Virus record (IMG/VR): IMGVR_UViG_3300044971_000339 | Location: 1 to 33,403 of that record | Source: a virus | Lineage: Duplodnaviria; Caudoviricetes | Direction: 5' to 3' (one strand) | Length of the DNA stretch: 33,403 nucleotides | Part shown: positions 33,188-33,403 of the stretch, one piece after another | Layout: each line of letters opens with the position of its first letter | Position numbering within the stretch: the stretch's first letter is position 1 | Notes under the pieces: model-generated | Database searches by the model: none | What the model was told of the DNA's origin: nothing | The model's input: the letters and a program-made list of their open reading frames with translations, nothing else | Program-made: the position numbers and the translations under genes

Positions 33188-33403
33188 AGGGGTGATCGTT
33201 ACCGGGTTCTTTTGAAGCTCAATCTGCTGTTGCACTGCCGCTTCCGTTGCGGCCTTGTCTACGCCGTTCGCCCAGATCCATCCCAACACTTCGTCTTGCG
33301 TGAGTTGGTCGTAAGGGACAAAGCTCGCCGGGTTCGGGCCGGGAACAGAGCAGGTGGAGTAGACAGAGGCAGAGTAGGTCTTGTCACCATCTACTTCGGT
33401 CTT
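33167..33403 (-). CDS. Partial fibre-associated protein, allele B (5' end beyond the window)
   Basis: Translated by hand: KTEVDGDKTYSASVYSTCSVPGPNPASFVPYDQLTQDEVLGWIWANGVDKAATEAAVQQQIELQKNPVTITPPLPWAA. Confidence 0.85.
   Translation of the reverse strand, partial: KTEVDGDKTYSASVYSTCSVPGPNPASFVPYDQLTQDEVLGWIWANGVDKAATEAAVQQQIELQKNPVTITPPLPWAA

Overview
Apparently complete tailed dsDNA phage genome of about 33.0 kb. Bases 1-177 recur at 33011-33187, which implies a circular unit of 33,010 bp. The virion is podovirus-like: terminase, portal, scaffold, major capsid, adaptor, nozzle, ejection proteins and several fibres, with no tape measure or sheath. The early region is lambdoid-style: Cro-like regulator, NinB, DUF1376 replication initiator with internal iterons, P-like loader, Q-like regulator and ERF/YqaJ recombination genes. 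No integrase, CI repressor or DNA polymerase was recognised. Nearly all genes are on the minus strand; only 20174-22766 reads on plus. The most notable points are: (i) a promoter-defined, highly structured RNA leader with two competing folds, one of which hides the ribosome-binding site of the replication initiator; (ii) a secreted six-cysteine miniprotein gene just upstream of it; (iii) a late-region set of glycosyltransferases plus a 2OG-Fe(II) oxygenase and a HiPIP-like Cys protein; (iv) two different alleles of the fibre-associated gene at the two window ends. All product calls come from motif recognition by eye; no database searches or folding computations were run.
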